64,000 bases of DNA from a virus (lineage: Duplodnaviria > Caudoviricetes): positions 540 through 64,539 of IMG/VR virus record IMGVR_UViG_3300028591_000213. One strand, written 5' to 3'. Below are positions 9,324-18,561 of the stretch, piece after piece; position 1 is the stretch's first letter; every line of letters begins with the position of its first letter. The translations under genes were made by a program, and so were the position numbers. The notes under the pieces are model-generated. The model ran no database searches. It was not told the DNA's origin and saw only the letters and a program-made list of their open reading frames with translations.

Positions 9324-10742
9324 ATGAAAAATGTGGTAGAAGAATTAAGGGAGAAGGTTGAGAATCAAAAAAAGATTAAAAAGATTATTTTTGACAATGA
9401 GCTTTTGCTAGAAAGGTTAATTAGGGAGAGTGATTTTTTAAAAGGCTCTAAGTATGATGATATAAATTTGAGGTATAAATATTTAAGAGTTGGCGGTTCT
9501 ATTGAGAATTATAAATGTCCATACTGTGGTAATGTTAGGAAATTGAATGCAAGTATGTTGGCTAACACTTGTGGCTCTAAAGAATGTATGCAGAAAGCAC
9601 AACATGATGCTAAGATAAAGATGCATGAGAACATGAGTGAAGAGACGAAAAAAATGATTCGTGATAAGATGAAGAAAACTTGTTTGGAGCGTTATGGCGT
9701 AGAGTTTTCCACACAGGCGAATATAATGAAAGAAAAGTCACGTACTACCAAGGGAGAGAAGTATGGAAATGAATTTTTTACTAATCAGGAGAAGCGTGAA
9801 AAAACTAATATTTTAAAATATGGTGGTATTGCGCCGTTATGTAGTGATTATGTTAAAAGAAAGATGGAGAATACCAACATTAATCGTTATGGCGCAAGGA
9901 ACGTTTTTCAATCTGAAAAAGTTAAAAATTTAATTAGGGAAACCAACTTAAAGAAATATGGCGTTGAATACCCAATGATGAGCAAGGAAATTCAGAAGAA
10001 GGTGAATTATTCGGAGGCTGTATCTAAGCAAATAATGTCTAAGAAGGAAAACGGTACTCTTCACACGTCAAGCCATGAAAAACAAATATATGAGTGGCTA
10101 AAAGATGAATTTGGTAACGTTGAGAAACAGTACACGGATGATAGATATAAGAATCCTGTAAATAACGTAAGATTTAAATGTGATTTTTACTTACCGGATT
10201 TTGATTTATTTATATATAATAGAGCAAGAAAACCCACTCATCTTAAGTGGGTGGGATGAATTGCCCAACCTTGGCTCTCGATGTATTTTCTGATAGTAAA
10301 AGTACTTGACAGAGATATAAACGCTGCAATGAATATCCTTTCAGAAGGATTAAATAATATATCGGCAGGAACTGTCGATTACACTGATGGAGCAGATGTA
10401 AGACCCTTTCAAGGGCAATCAGCTATGAAGTCAGAAGCCCACAAATCTTTAGTTTGTGGGTAGTTCACAGAGTATCAAGGGACATATCATCATGGAAAAG
10501 AACCATTTAATGAAAATATTTCATCTCATATGGACATTTTAAGAAAAATGGAGGAAAAAGCTTCTATGCATATTAATAGCGATTACACTGAAGCGATAAA
10601 AGTATGGACGCAAAAAGACCCATTAAAAAGGCAAGTTGCAAAAGATACTGGACTTAATTATTTGGAGATATGGAATAACAACGGAAAATGTCCCGATAAG
10701 GATGAGATTTTAAATTTAATATATAAAAAGATTAATAATTAA
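9324..10742 (+). pseudogene. Free-standing homing-endonuclease-like gene (Zn finger, RYGV-type repeats, C-terminal PD-(D/E)xK/Vsr-like domain) interrupted by a 255-bp IS mini-element
   Basis: Removing 10214-10468 restores FKCDFYLPDFDLFI-EYQGTYHHGK and joins ORF-track pieces 9324 and 10530 in one frame; repeats LERYGVE, KYGNE, KYGGI, RYGAR, KYGVE. Confidence 0.82.
10214..10468 (+). mobile_element. Non-autonomous IS200/IS605-family mini-element (LE hairpin, tnpB 3' remnant, omegaRNA, RE hairpin)
   Basis: Inserted 3' of TTTAT with no duplication; LE hairpin CCCACT..AGTGGG; TnpB C-terminal remnant LDRDINAAMNILSEGL; RE hairpin CCCACAAA-TCTTTAG-TTTGTGGG ending TTCAC; second copy at 63879. Confidence 0.85.
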
Positions 10743-10762
10743 ATAAAAAAAAAAATAATATT

Positions 10763-10936
10763 ATGAGTGTTTGGTTTATAGTTTTGATTGTATGGTTGGT
10801 TGGTGCAGTTGTATCATACGGCTTATTTATGAGAAAATGGAATTGTAATTTATTAAGGAAGGTTGCTTTTAGTCTTATTTGGCCATTAATTTTGCCCCTT
10901 TATGCAATTCATTATTTTTATAACAAATTTAAATAA
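10763..10936 (+). CDS. Small membrane protein (57 aa, two hydrophobic segments)
   Basis: Hand-translated MSVWFIVLIVWLVGAVVSYGLFMRKW...FSLIWPLILPLYAIHYFYNKFK; below ORF-track cutoff. Confidence 0.6.
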   Translation: MSVWFIVLIVWLVGAVVSYGLFMRKWNCNLLRKVAFSLIWPLILPLYAIHYFYNKFK

Positions 10937-10983
10937 TATTTTGGGCAGTTTTTTTCTACCCAATTTTTAATAATTGGAAATGT

Positions 10984-11247
10984 ATGGGTAATTTAAAGTT
11001 AATTAAGTTTTATGCCGATTGGTGTGGCCCGTGTAAGGTTATGGACGGCCGGTTGGAGAATTTTGACGTCTGTGAGGTATTAAAATGTAACATAGATGAT
11101 GATGATAATTATGATTTAGCGTCAAAGTATGGTGTTAGGAGTATTCCAACTCTTATTTTAGTTAATGAAGAAGAGAAGGAGCTAAAAAGATGGATAGGCG
11201 TAACAGATATTGATGTTATTAAAAAAGAAGTTGAAGCAAAAAAATGA
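10984..11247 (+). CDS. trxA: Thioredoxin
   Basis: FYADWCGPCK active site, YGVRSIPTLI. Confidence 0.93.
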   Translation: MGNLKLIKFYADWCGPCKVMDGRLENFDVCEVLKCNIDDDDNYDLASKYGVRSIPTLILVNEEEKELKRWIGVTDIDVIKKEVEAKK

Positions 11248-11420
11248 TAACAATTTTTAGAAAAGATGGATGGAAACTTAATCCAAAGGACTCAGTGGTT
11301 AATTCCATTTTAAAAATGTGTTCTTAACAGTATGAGGGCAAAGATTTGCATTGTCCTTGCACTGACTATACTTTAAAAAATAAATGCGTCTGTGGCCTTT
11401 ATTTGAAGTATTTGGATTAA
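11244..11420 (+). pseudogene. Degenerate ferredoxin-thioredoxin reductase catalytic-chain-like gene
   Basis: MITIFRKDGWKLNPKDSVVNSILKMCS*QYEGKDLHCPCTDYTLKNKCVCGLYLK: one CPC and a CxC motif remain, the first CPC is replaced by CS plus an in-frame TAA (11325-11327). Confidence 0.55.
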
Positions 11421-11447
11421 TATTGTATAACAAAAAGATGATATAAT

Positions 11448-11921
11448 ATGCTTAAGTATTATAATTCAATGGTTGTGTTTGAGGAAGTGCCAAATGAGAT
11501 TACGTTGGCCATTAACATAACAAACTGTCCTTGCAAGTGTTCTGAGTGTCATTCAAAATTTCTTTGGGAAGATATTGGCACTGAACTTACGCATAATGAA
11601 CTGGAGAAGTTAATTAAAATAAACGATGGAATATCATGCGTTTGTTTTATGGGTCATGGTTCATTTGATGGAATAAAAGAAGCAATTAGTTTATCTAATT
11701 TTATAAAAAGCAAATTTGGCCTTAAAACGGCGTTATATAGTGGATTTACCAATATACGTAATATTGTTGGTATAGATGTTTTTGATTTTATCAAGGAAGG
11801 CAAATATGAAAGTGATAAGGGCGGTTTGAATAATATAAACACAAATCAAAGGTTTTATCAAAACGTTAAAGGAGAATTTATTGATAAAACTGAGTTATTT
11901 TGGAAAAAAAGTATGAAATGA
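11448..11921 (+). CDS. nrdG: Anaerobic ribonucleotide reductase activating protein (radical SAM)
   Basis: VFEEVPNEITLAINITNCPCKCSEC (CxxxCxxC), GGLNNINTNQRFY; close to nrdD. Confidence 0.9.
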   Translation: MLKYYNSMVVFEEVPNEITLAINITNCPCKCSECHSKFLWEDIGTELTHNELEKLIKINDGISCVCFMGHGSFDGIKEAISLSNFIKSKFGLKTALYSGFTNIRNIVGIDVFDFIKEGKYESDKGGLNNINTNQRFYQNVKGEFIDKTELFWKKSMK

Positions 11922-11947
11922 GGAATTATATGTTCCTCATTTTTTTG
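11918..11947 (+). terminator. Rho-independent terminator after nrdG
   Basis: ATGAGGAA-TTATATG-TTCCTCAT followed by a U-tract. Confidence 0.7.
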
Positions 11948-12000
11948 TTTACAATTATTTCAAAAAAGTTAAATTTTAAATAATTATATTTAAAAAAACA

Positions 12001-12390
12001 ATGGCTAGAAGACAATATTTTAACATAAAATATCCATTTACAGATAATGGTTTTCAAAATTTCTTTATTGACGTGAATATGTCAACAAAAGAAAAGATTA
12101 GAAGCCAAATAATGCACGTTATATTTACTCCAAAGGGTCAGCGAATAAGAATGCCAGAATTTGGAACAAATTTGATACAGTATATTTTTACTCCAAATGA
12201 AGAAGATTCATGGGAATCAATAAAAAATGAAATAATTGAGTCTGTTGAAAGATGGGTAAGTGGGGCTGAGATAAGAGATATAAGAGTCATACAAAGCAAT
12301 GATGACGGACATGAAATATATGTTAGAATAGATTATTCTATAAAGGAAGGAAATAAAACAATAAATGATAGTGTTGTTGCACAATTATGA
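12001..12390 (+). CDS. Baseplate wedge protein, gp25/GPW-like
   Basis: IKYPF...IRSQIMHVIFTPKGQRIRMPEFGTNLIQYIF pattern. Confidence 0.85.
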   Translation: MARRQYFNIKYPFTDNGFQNFFIDVNMSTKEKIRSQIMHVIFTPKGQRIRMPEFGTNLIQYIFTPNEEDSWESIKNEIIESVERWVSGAEIRDIRVIQSNDDGHEIYVRIDYSIKEGNKTINDSVVAQL

Positions 12391-12412
12391 GTAAAAACAA
12401 AGATTTAAACAT

Positions 12413-14428
12413 ATGAGTCAAAAGAAAATAAACTATTTAGCGAGAACGTTTGATGACTACAAGTCTGAATTGATTGAATTCAGCAATAAATATTATCCGG
12501 AATTAGCCGATAGCTACAACGATTCAAGCGTTGGCTCTTGGTTCATTGACCTTGTTTCTGCCGTTGGCGATAATTTATCATATAGTATTGACCGGGCGTA
12601 CCAAGAGACATCTTTAAATAGTGCCACATTAAAGAGTACCGTTAATAACATTGCAAGAACCAATGGATTAAAGATTCCTGGTCCAAAGGCAAGTATATGT
12701 GAAGTTGCTTTTTCGTGCAATTTGCCGGTTGGGAATGTTAATGGTAATATAGCTCAACCTGATTGGAGATATGCTCCTACTGTTAAGAGGAGTACTATTA
12801 TTGCTGCCGGCAATGTTAATTTCCAATTGACTGAGGATGTTAAGTTTTCTGAGCAATTTAACAGTGATGGCTATTCTAACAGGACATTTGCTCCTAGAAG
12901 GAATTCCAATGGTGTTATAACTGCTTATACTGTAACAAAGACAACTTTGGCTACAAATGGTAGTTCAAGGATATTTAAGAAGGTTATAACGTCTCAGGAT
13001 TTAAGGCCTTTTATGGAGGTGATTCTTCCAGAAAAGAACGTAATGAATGTTGAATCAATAATATTTAAGGAGTCTGCAAATTTTAATGTTGACCCTGATA
13101 TATCTGAATTTTACATTGATGCCGAGCAATTTAGGATGTCCAAAGAGGCGGCAGATACGTTTAGATTTTTTGAGGTGAAGTCATTAGCTGACCAATATCG
13201 TTTTGGCAGTGAGGCTAATATAGATGAGAATATTTTGATTGACATGTATAATCCGGAGGTATATGATGATTATACTGAAGGTGATGGTAGTGGTTCTACA
13301 AGAACAACAAGATATTACAGGGGTAAATGGAAGCCTTTGAAACAGAAGTTCATAACTGAATATACTGATAGGGGATATTTGAAGATTATTTTTGGAAGTG
13401 GCGTATTATATGATGAATTGCCCAAAACGAAGGAGAAGTTTTCAGAAAGAATAATGTCCAATATTATCAATAATGATATGTTGGGAGTATTACCAAGGGA
13501 AGGTTGGACAATGTTTATCCTTTATAAAGTTGGTGGTGGGGTTTCAAGCAATATTGCTCCTGGGGCTATTAATTCCATAGAGTTGGCCGTTACTGAATTT
13601 GAGGAGAAAGTAACTGGTGATACTAATGCTGCTGATGTTAGGGGTGCTGTATTAGGTTCTTTAACCGTGACAAACACGAGTCCTGCTGTTGCAGGTAAAG
13701 ATTCTCCTTCTGAGGAAGAGGTGAAGTATTTAACAAAGTACAATGTTTCTTCTCAAGAGAGGTGTGTAACTGTAAAGGATTATAAAGCTAGAGTAATGAT
13801 GATGCCTCCTAAATATGGTGCTCCATTTAGAATTGCCGCGATAGAGGAAAACAATAAGATTAATTTAAGTATGTTAGGGTTAGACTACAACGGTAAATTA
13901 ACCAAATACTTAGCAGAGACTCTTATTGACAATATAGAAGAATATTTATCTCACTATAGAACGGTGAGCGATTACGTTGAGTGTAGAAGTGGTAAAATAT
14001 ATGATATTGGATTTTCAATAGATTTATTTGTCAATAAAACATATGATGCCCCTACAGTTTTAAATAATGTCATTGAATTGATAACTGATTATATGTCTGT
14101 TGATAAGCATGACATGGGTGAAGATATATTTATTGGCGATTTGGAAAAGGAGATAACATTAGTCGATGGTGTTATTTCTATAATTAATTTTTCAGTATAT
14201 AGTATTTACGATGGCGTTTATAGTTCTGATAGATGCCCATATCCTGAAGAGGGTGCTAACAGCGCTTGTCCTACGGTAAATAACTCCACTTTCAAGGTGG
14301 ATGATAACGCAAAATCATTTAAGATTGATTTGGAAGCCATTGATTATATTTTACATAGCGATTATAATTCAATGTTTCAGATTCGTTATCCTGACAGCAA
14401 TATACAGATACGTGTTAAGATGATTTAA
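12413..14428 (+). CDS. Baseplate wedge protein, T4 gp6-like
   Basis: INYLARTFDDYKSELIEF, SVGSWFIDLVSAVGDNLSYSID, SQERCVTVKDYK; follows the gp25-like gene. Confidence 0.82.
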   Translation: MSQKKINYLARTFDDYKSELIEFSNKYYPELADSYNDSSVGSWFIDLVSAVGDNLSYSIDRAYQETSLNSATLKSTVNNIARTNGLKIPGPKASICEVAFSCNLPVGNVNGNIAQPDWRYAPTVKRSTIIAAGNVNFQLTEDVKFSEQFNSDGYSNRTFAPRRNSNGVITAYTVTKTTLATNGSSRIFKKVITSQDLRPFMEVILPEKNVMNVESIIFKESANFNVDPDISEFYIDAEQFRMSKEAADTFRFFEVKSLADQYRFGSEANIDENILIDMYNPEVYDDYTEGDGSGSTRTTRYYRGKWKPLKQKFITEYTDRGYLKIIFGSGVLYDELPKTKEKFSERIMSNIINNDMLGVLPREGWTMFILYKVGGGVSSNIAPGAINSIELAVTEFEEKVTGDTNAADVRGAVLGSLTVTNTSPAVAGKDSPSEEEVKYLTKYNVSSQERCVTVKDYKARVMMMPPKYGAPFRIAAIEENNKINLSMLGLDYNGKLTKYLAETLIDNIEEYLSHYRTVSDYVECRSGKIYDIGFSIDLFVNKTYDAPTVLNNVIELITDYMSVDKHDMGEDIFIGDLEKEITLVDGVISIINFSVYSIYDGVYSSDRCPYPEEGANSACPTVNNSTFKVDDNAKSFKIDLEAIDYILHSDYNSMFQIRYPDSNIQIRVKMI

Positions 14429-14615
14429 GAAAAAAATGAATAAATTTTGTAATTGTAAGAATATAGATAATGGTTATGATTTATCATTATTTATTAATAA
14501 TAGTTTTGAAATAAGGAGGAATAAAGCATTAAAAAAGATGAAGATAATACGCAATATTTTTCGTTTTGTATTTTTATTAATAATATTGTGCATTTTATGG
14601 TTAATTTTTTAAAAA

Positions 14616-17600
14616 ATGGATAAAAGTTACAGAATAAAGGCAAATGTTGGCCAAGACCAAGTTTTAAACGTAAATTTAAGACAAGATATTGATTTATATG
14701 AGATTTTATCTTTAAAGATTGGCCAAAATAAAATGTATAAAACGCACTCTGCTGGCTATGGCGTTATAGTTGGCAGAGTTCTTGCTAATGATGCATTTGG
14801 AGTTCCAAATGCAAGAGTATCTGTATTTATACCACTAAGTGCTGAAGATAGTTTAAGAAGTGATTTAACTGCTGAATATCCTTTTAAATCAGCAACTGAT
14901 TATAATGGCGATATAAGATACAACACATTACCAATTGAAAAGAAATATGCTTGTTATGCTAATGTTGGTACTTTTCCAAACAAAGAATTAGTATTAGATG
15001 ATGATTTGGTATTGGAAATTTTTGATAAATATTATAAATTTACCACAACAACCAATGATTCCGGCGACTATATGATATTTGGTGTTCCTGTTGGCAGTCA
15101 TGTTATTCATGTTGATGTAGATTTATCGAATATCGGGTTATTATCTCAATCTCCAAGAGACTTTATTTATAAGGGCTATCCAGCTGACATGTTTGAAAGT
15201 CCAAGTCAGTTTAAAAAAAGCACCAATTTGGATAATTTGCCTCAGATTTTTACTGAGAACACATCTGTATACGTTTATCCATTTTGGGGTGATAAAGAAA
15301 AGGAACAAGTTGCAATAACAAGAAAAGATATTAAATTAAATTATAAATTTGAACCTACTTGTGTCTTTTTAGGCTCTGTTATGACAGATAATGGCAGCAA
15401 TTCAATTGGGTATAGCTGTATTCCTGATGAACATGTTGGAGATGCTGACCAACTTGAAGCCGTTGGCGGAACCATTGAAATGATTAGGAAAAGGCCTGAT
15501 GATGTAATAGAAGAATTTCCAATAAAGGGCAATAAACTTATTGATGGTGATGGCGTATTCTGTTATCAAATACCAATGAACCTTGATTTTATTGGTACTG
15601 ATGAATATGGAAATATTTGTCCAACTGATAATCCCGAAAAGGGAATACCTACCAGGGCAAGTGTCAGATTTAGATTTTCCGTGGAAGATGACAGTGGCGA
15701 TGCTTCTACTAATCATACTGCCAAGTATCTTGTTCCAAACAATCCTGAGTTGATTGAAAATACTGTTGAACCAAAAATATCTAAAAACGTATATAATAGT
15801 AATTTGTATGAATTTGGAACATTGACACCAGATGATTGCTTTAGAGATTTATATTGGAATAAAATATATTCCGTTAAATCATATATACCAAGAATACAGG
15901 TTAGCAAATATGAAAATACAGCAAATTATTTTGGCATAAAGGGCGTTAATAAAAAGGGAGCAAGAAACATAAACCCAATACCTTATAATAAGATTAATCT
16001 TAATTTTTCAGTACCTACTACAGATGTTCTTCAAAGGTTTTATGATAATAGGGAGCCGTGGTTTAGACGTTTTTGGGGGTTTATAAAATCATCATTAATA
16101 TCATTTAGTTATGATAGTGCTGCGGAAAATATTTTGGAAGAAACTGATGGCGTTGGCCTTGATTTTTATAATGATTGGCTTAATGGCTGTTTATATTTTC
16201 CATCATGGAATTGGAGTGTGAGGCTTAAGAAAAAATATAAAAAGAATGAAGATGTATATGATAGCTCATTTTGCGAATGCAAGGGAGAAAAAACAAATGA
16301 ATTTTTCCTGTATAATAATTGTTCTTTAATTTATGATAATAATGAACTTCAATTGAATAGCAAGTTACCCGGTGATGAGGATAGTGAAGACGAAGTAAAA
16401 AGGCAAAGTGACCCTGTAAAAATAAATGATTTTTATCGTGGTACATATCATTCTATGAATCTTGGTTCAAAGAAGATATATGGAGGTGTTATAAAAAAGA
16501 ACATTAATAAAGATGGGGGCGAAATTTATTATTATGCCTATGGAAGTGCTTTAAGTGAAGACGATTCTACAAACTCTCAATATTTTTATGCCAGATTATT
16601 CTCCACCGATATTATCTTATTGGGAAGTTTTAATGATTGCGATATTGACGGCGTTCCACAGATGCCATTCACCTATCCATCCACCACATCTTTGATTCCT
16701 CCAATGGGGGCAAATAAAAAAGATATTGCAAATAAGATGGTTGGAAACGATACTGCATATGATGAAGGAGAAGAAAATTTATTGGAAGACGAGATAAGCA
16801 ATAAAGAATGTAATGGAATGAATTGGGGCTACGCCTGGTTGCCAACTCACCAAGTGGAAACTGACATATATGAAAGGGTTAGCAACATAAACTTATATGG
16901 AGATAATTCTGCCGCCAAAATATCATATGATAGACTACCGGAATTCTACCAACGCGCCCTTTTTGGCACTGGTTTGTTCTTTGGCCTTAGAAGGCATAAA
17001 AGATACCATGGATGGGCATTTACAAGGCATCTTGAAAAAGACGATATGGTTGCTGTAAGTGATTTCAAAACTTGTGTAAATGTTGAAAGGCTGTGCGAAC
17101 TTGGCGTTATTAATGATTCTGATTCGTACAACTATTATAACAATAATAGAATGGATGGCTTAATCACCAAAAAAGAGTTACAAAATGTAGAGCTCAGAAG
17201 TTTATTTGCGACACTTAATAGTAATAAGTTAATTGGTTTAAAGGGCAACGATACCACAGGATATAAAACATATAATTTGTTATTTACATACCCATCCAAT
17301 TTTGATGGAAGATTAGAAAATTTAGCTCCTCTATATACATCTTGGGGTGGTAAAGGATATGATAAATATAAGCAAACAGCAACAAGAGATTTAAGGAGTA
17401 AAGATTACCTTGACTTTAGATTTGGTTCAAATGTTAGTTATGCTGCTAAATTCTCTGAGAAAAATGTAAATTATGGAGGTGATGACGCCGGAAGAAGCGG
17501 TAGAAGGATTAGAGCACACGGGAGCAATGATGAAGGTAAAAAAAGAACTGATATAAACAGTAATGGAGTGATAATAACCACATATAATAGCGGCCAAAGA

Positions 17601-18542
17601 TACAGGCATTTTTATGGGTTTAAAACCATGCGTAATGGAAGCCGTTATAATGGAGATAATGTTTATCCATATGCAGCTGTTTCATCATGGGATAAACATA
17701 TGGGAAGTGATATAACTTTAAATTACACGTTCCCATTATACAACAATTCATTCTATTTCTATTTTGGCTTAAATAGAGGAAGAACGGCCATTGATAAATT
17801 TTATAATGAATTTTATAGTGATTGTGAAACATTAAAGAACACTCCATTTATTGTTGATATTACAATGGTAAGCGATGATGTTTGTAGTTCTACCCCAAAT
17901 GGAAGTATAACAATAAATGTTGATGAAATTAGTACTCCTTACAAAATAGAATTATTTAACGAAGAAAATAATATTGTAGGCATTAAAGAAAATATTAATA
18001 TTATGAACACAACGTTTAGCGGATTAACCAATGGCTATTATATGGCAAGAATAACAGACAGTAACGAATCGTATATTGAAGAGGACGCTTCATTGCCTTA
18101 TAATACTATATCATTGAATTATTCCGTTGATGGGGTTAAATTCAACATATCCGCTGAGACTTCTGCTGAAACATCATGTCAAGAGATATGCAATTCTAAT
18201 GACCATGGCACATTAACAATTGATGGATGCACGATAGATAATACGTTTTATCAAACAACAGGCATTACAAAAATAGAAGACTATAATTATGAATTAGGGC
18301 TATCGGGCCTAAGTTCCAATGTTAAAGTAATATTGGAATTTGATGGCAGCTTTAGTGGAATGACCTGTGAACAATGCGATGGAGAAAATTACTTTTGTAT
18401 TTGTGAACCCGGTATCATCGAAAGTAAAGTTAAAATAATGTGTGATGGCAACGATACAAATATATATTCATATAATAGTATTATAATTGATGCTTTATAC
18501 TATACAAATAATTCTGAAGCTACTGATAATTCTGAACAATAA
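14616..18542 (+). CDS. Large virion structural protein (baseplate/tail), N-terminal beta-sandwich
   Basis: 1308 aa; GRVLANDAFGVPNARVSV and TTTNDSGDYMIFGVPVG resemble carboxypeptidase-regulatory-like folds; context in baseplate block. Confidence 0.6.
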   Translation: MDKSYRIKANVGQDQVLNVNLRQDIDLYEILSLKIGQNKMYKTHSAGYGVIVGRVLANDAFGVPNARVSVFIPLSAEDSLRSDLTAEYPFKSATDYNGDIRYNTLPIEKKYACYANVGTFPNKELVLDDDLVLEIFDKYYKFTTTTNDSGDYMIFGVPVGSHVIHVDVDLSNIGLLSQSPRDFIYKGYPADMFESPSQFKKSTNLDNLPQIFTENTSVYVYPFWGDKEKEQVAITRKDIKLNYKFEPTCVFLGSVMTDNGSNSIGYSCIPDEHVGDADQLEAVGGTIEMIRKRPDDVIEEFPIKGNKLIDGDGVFCYQIPMNLDFIGTDEYGNICPTDNPEKGIPTRASVRFRFSVEDDSGDASTNHTAKYLVPNNPELIENTVEPKISKNVYNSNLYEFGTLTPDDCFRDLYWNKIYSVKSYIPRIQVSKYENTANYFGIKGVNKKGARNINPIPYNKINLNFSVPTTDVLQRFYDNREPWFRRFWGFIKSSLISFSYDSAAENILEETDGVGLDFYNDWLNGCLYFPSWNWSVRLKKKYKKNEDVYDSSFCECKGEKTNEFFLYNNCSLIYDNNELQLNSKLPGDEDSEDEVKRQSDPVKINDFYRGTYHSMNLGSKKIYGGVIKKNINKDGGEIYYYAYGSALSEDDSTNSQYFYARLFSTDIILLGSFNDCDIDGVPQMPFTYPSTTSLIPPMGANKKDIANKMVGNDTAYDEGEENLLEDEISNKECNGMNWGYAWLPTHQVETDIYERVSNINLYGDNSAAKISYDRLPEFYQRALFGTGLFFGLRRHKRYHGWAFTRHLEKDDMVAVSDFKTCVNVERLCELGVINDSDSYNYYNNNRMDGLITKKELQNVELRSLFATLNSNKLIGLKGNDTTGYKTYNLLFTYPSNFDGRLENLAPLYTSWGGKGYDKYKQTATRDLRSKDYLDFRFGSNVSYAAKFSEKNVNYGGDDAGRSGRRIRAHGSNDEGKKRTDINSNGVIITTYNSGQRYRHFYGFKTMRNGSRYNGDNVYPYAAVSSWDKHMGSDITLNYTFPLYNNSFYFYFGLNRGRTAIDKFYNEFYSDCETLKNTPFIVDITMVSDDVCSSTPNGSITINVDEISTPYKIELFNEENNIVGIKENINIMNTTFSGLTNGYYMARITDSNESYIEEDASLPYNTISLNYSVDGVKFNISAETSAETSCQEICNSNDHGTLTIDGCTIDNTFYQTTGITKIEDYNYELGLSGLSSNVKVILEFDGSFSGMTCEQCDGENYFCICEPGIIESKVKIMCDGNDTNIYSYNSIIIDALYYTNNSEATDNSEQ

Positions 18543-18561
18543 TTACCTAATTTAACCAATA

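Noticed and set aside
10281-10463. 60-aa ORF as a functional TnpB
   Set aside because: Only the extreme C-terminal DRDINAA remnant is present; RuvC I/II and the REC lobe are missing
10214-10468. IStron (self-splicing IS) interpretation of the mini-element
   Set aside because: No P7/P3 core is recognisable, and splicing at the nearby terminal G would not restore the reading frame
11325-11327. Global TAA recoding suggested by four in-frame TAA codons (11325, 40049, about 43344, 53623)
   Set aside because: TAA is the main terminator at tightly coupled gene ends, the expected residues differ between sites, and no suppressor tRNA is seen
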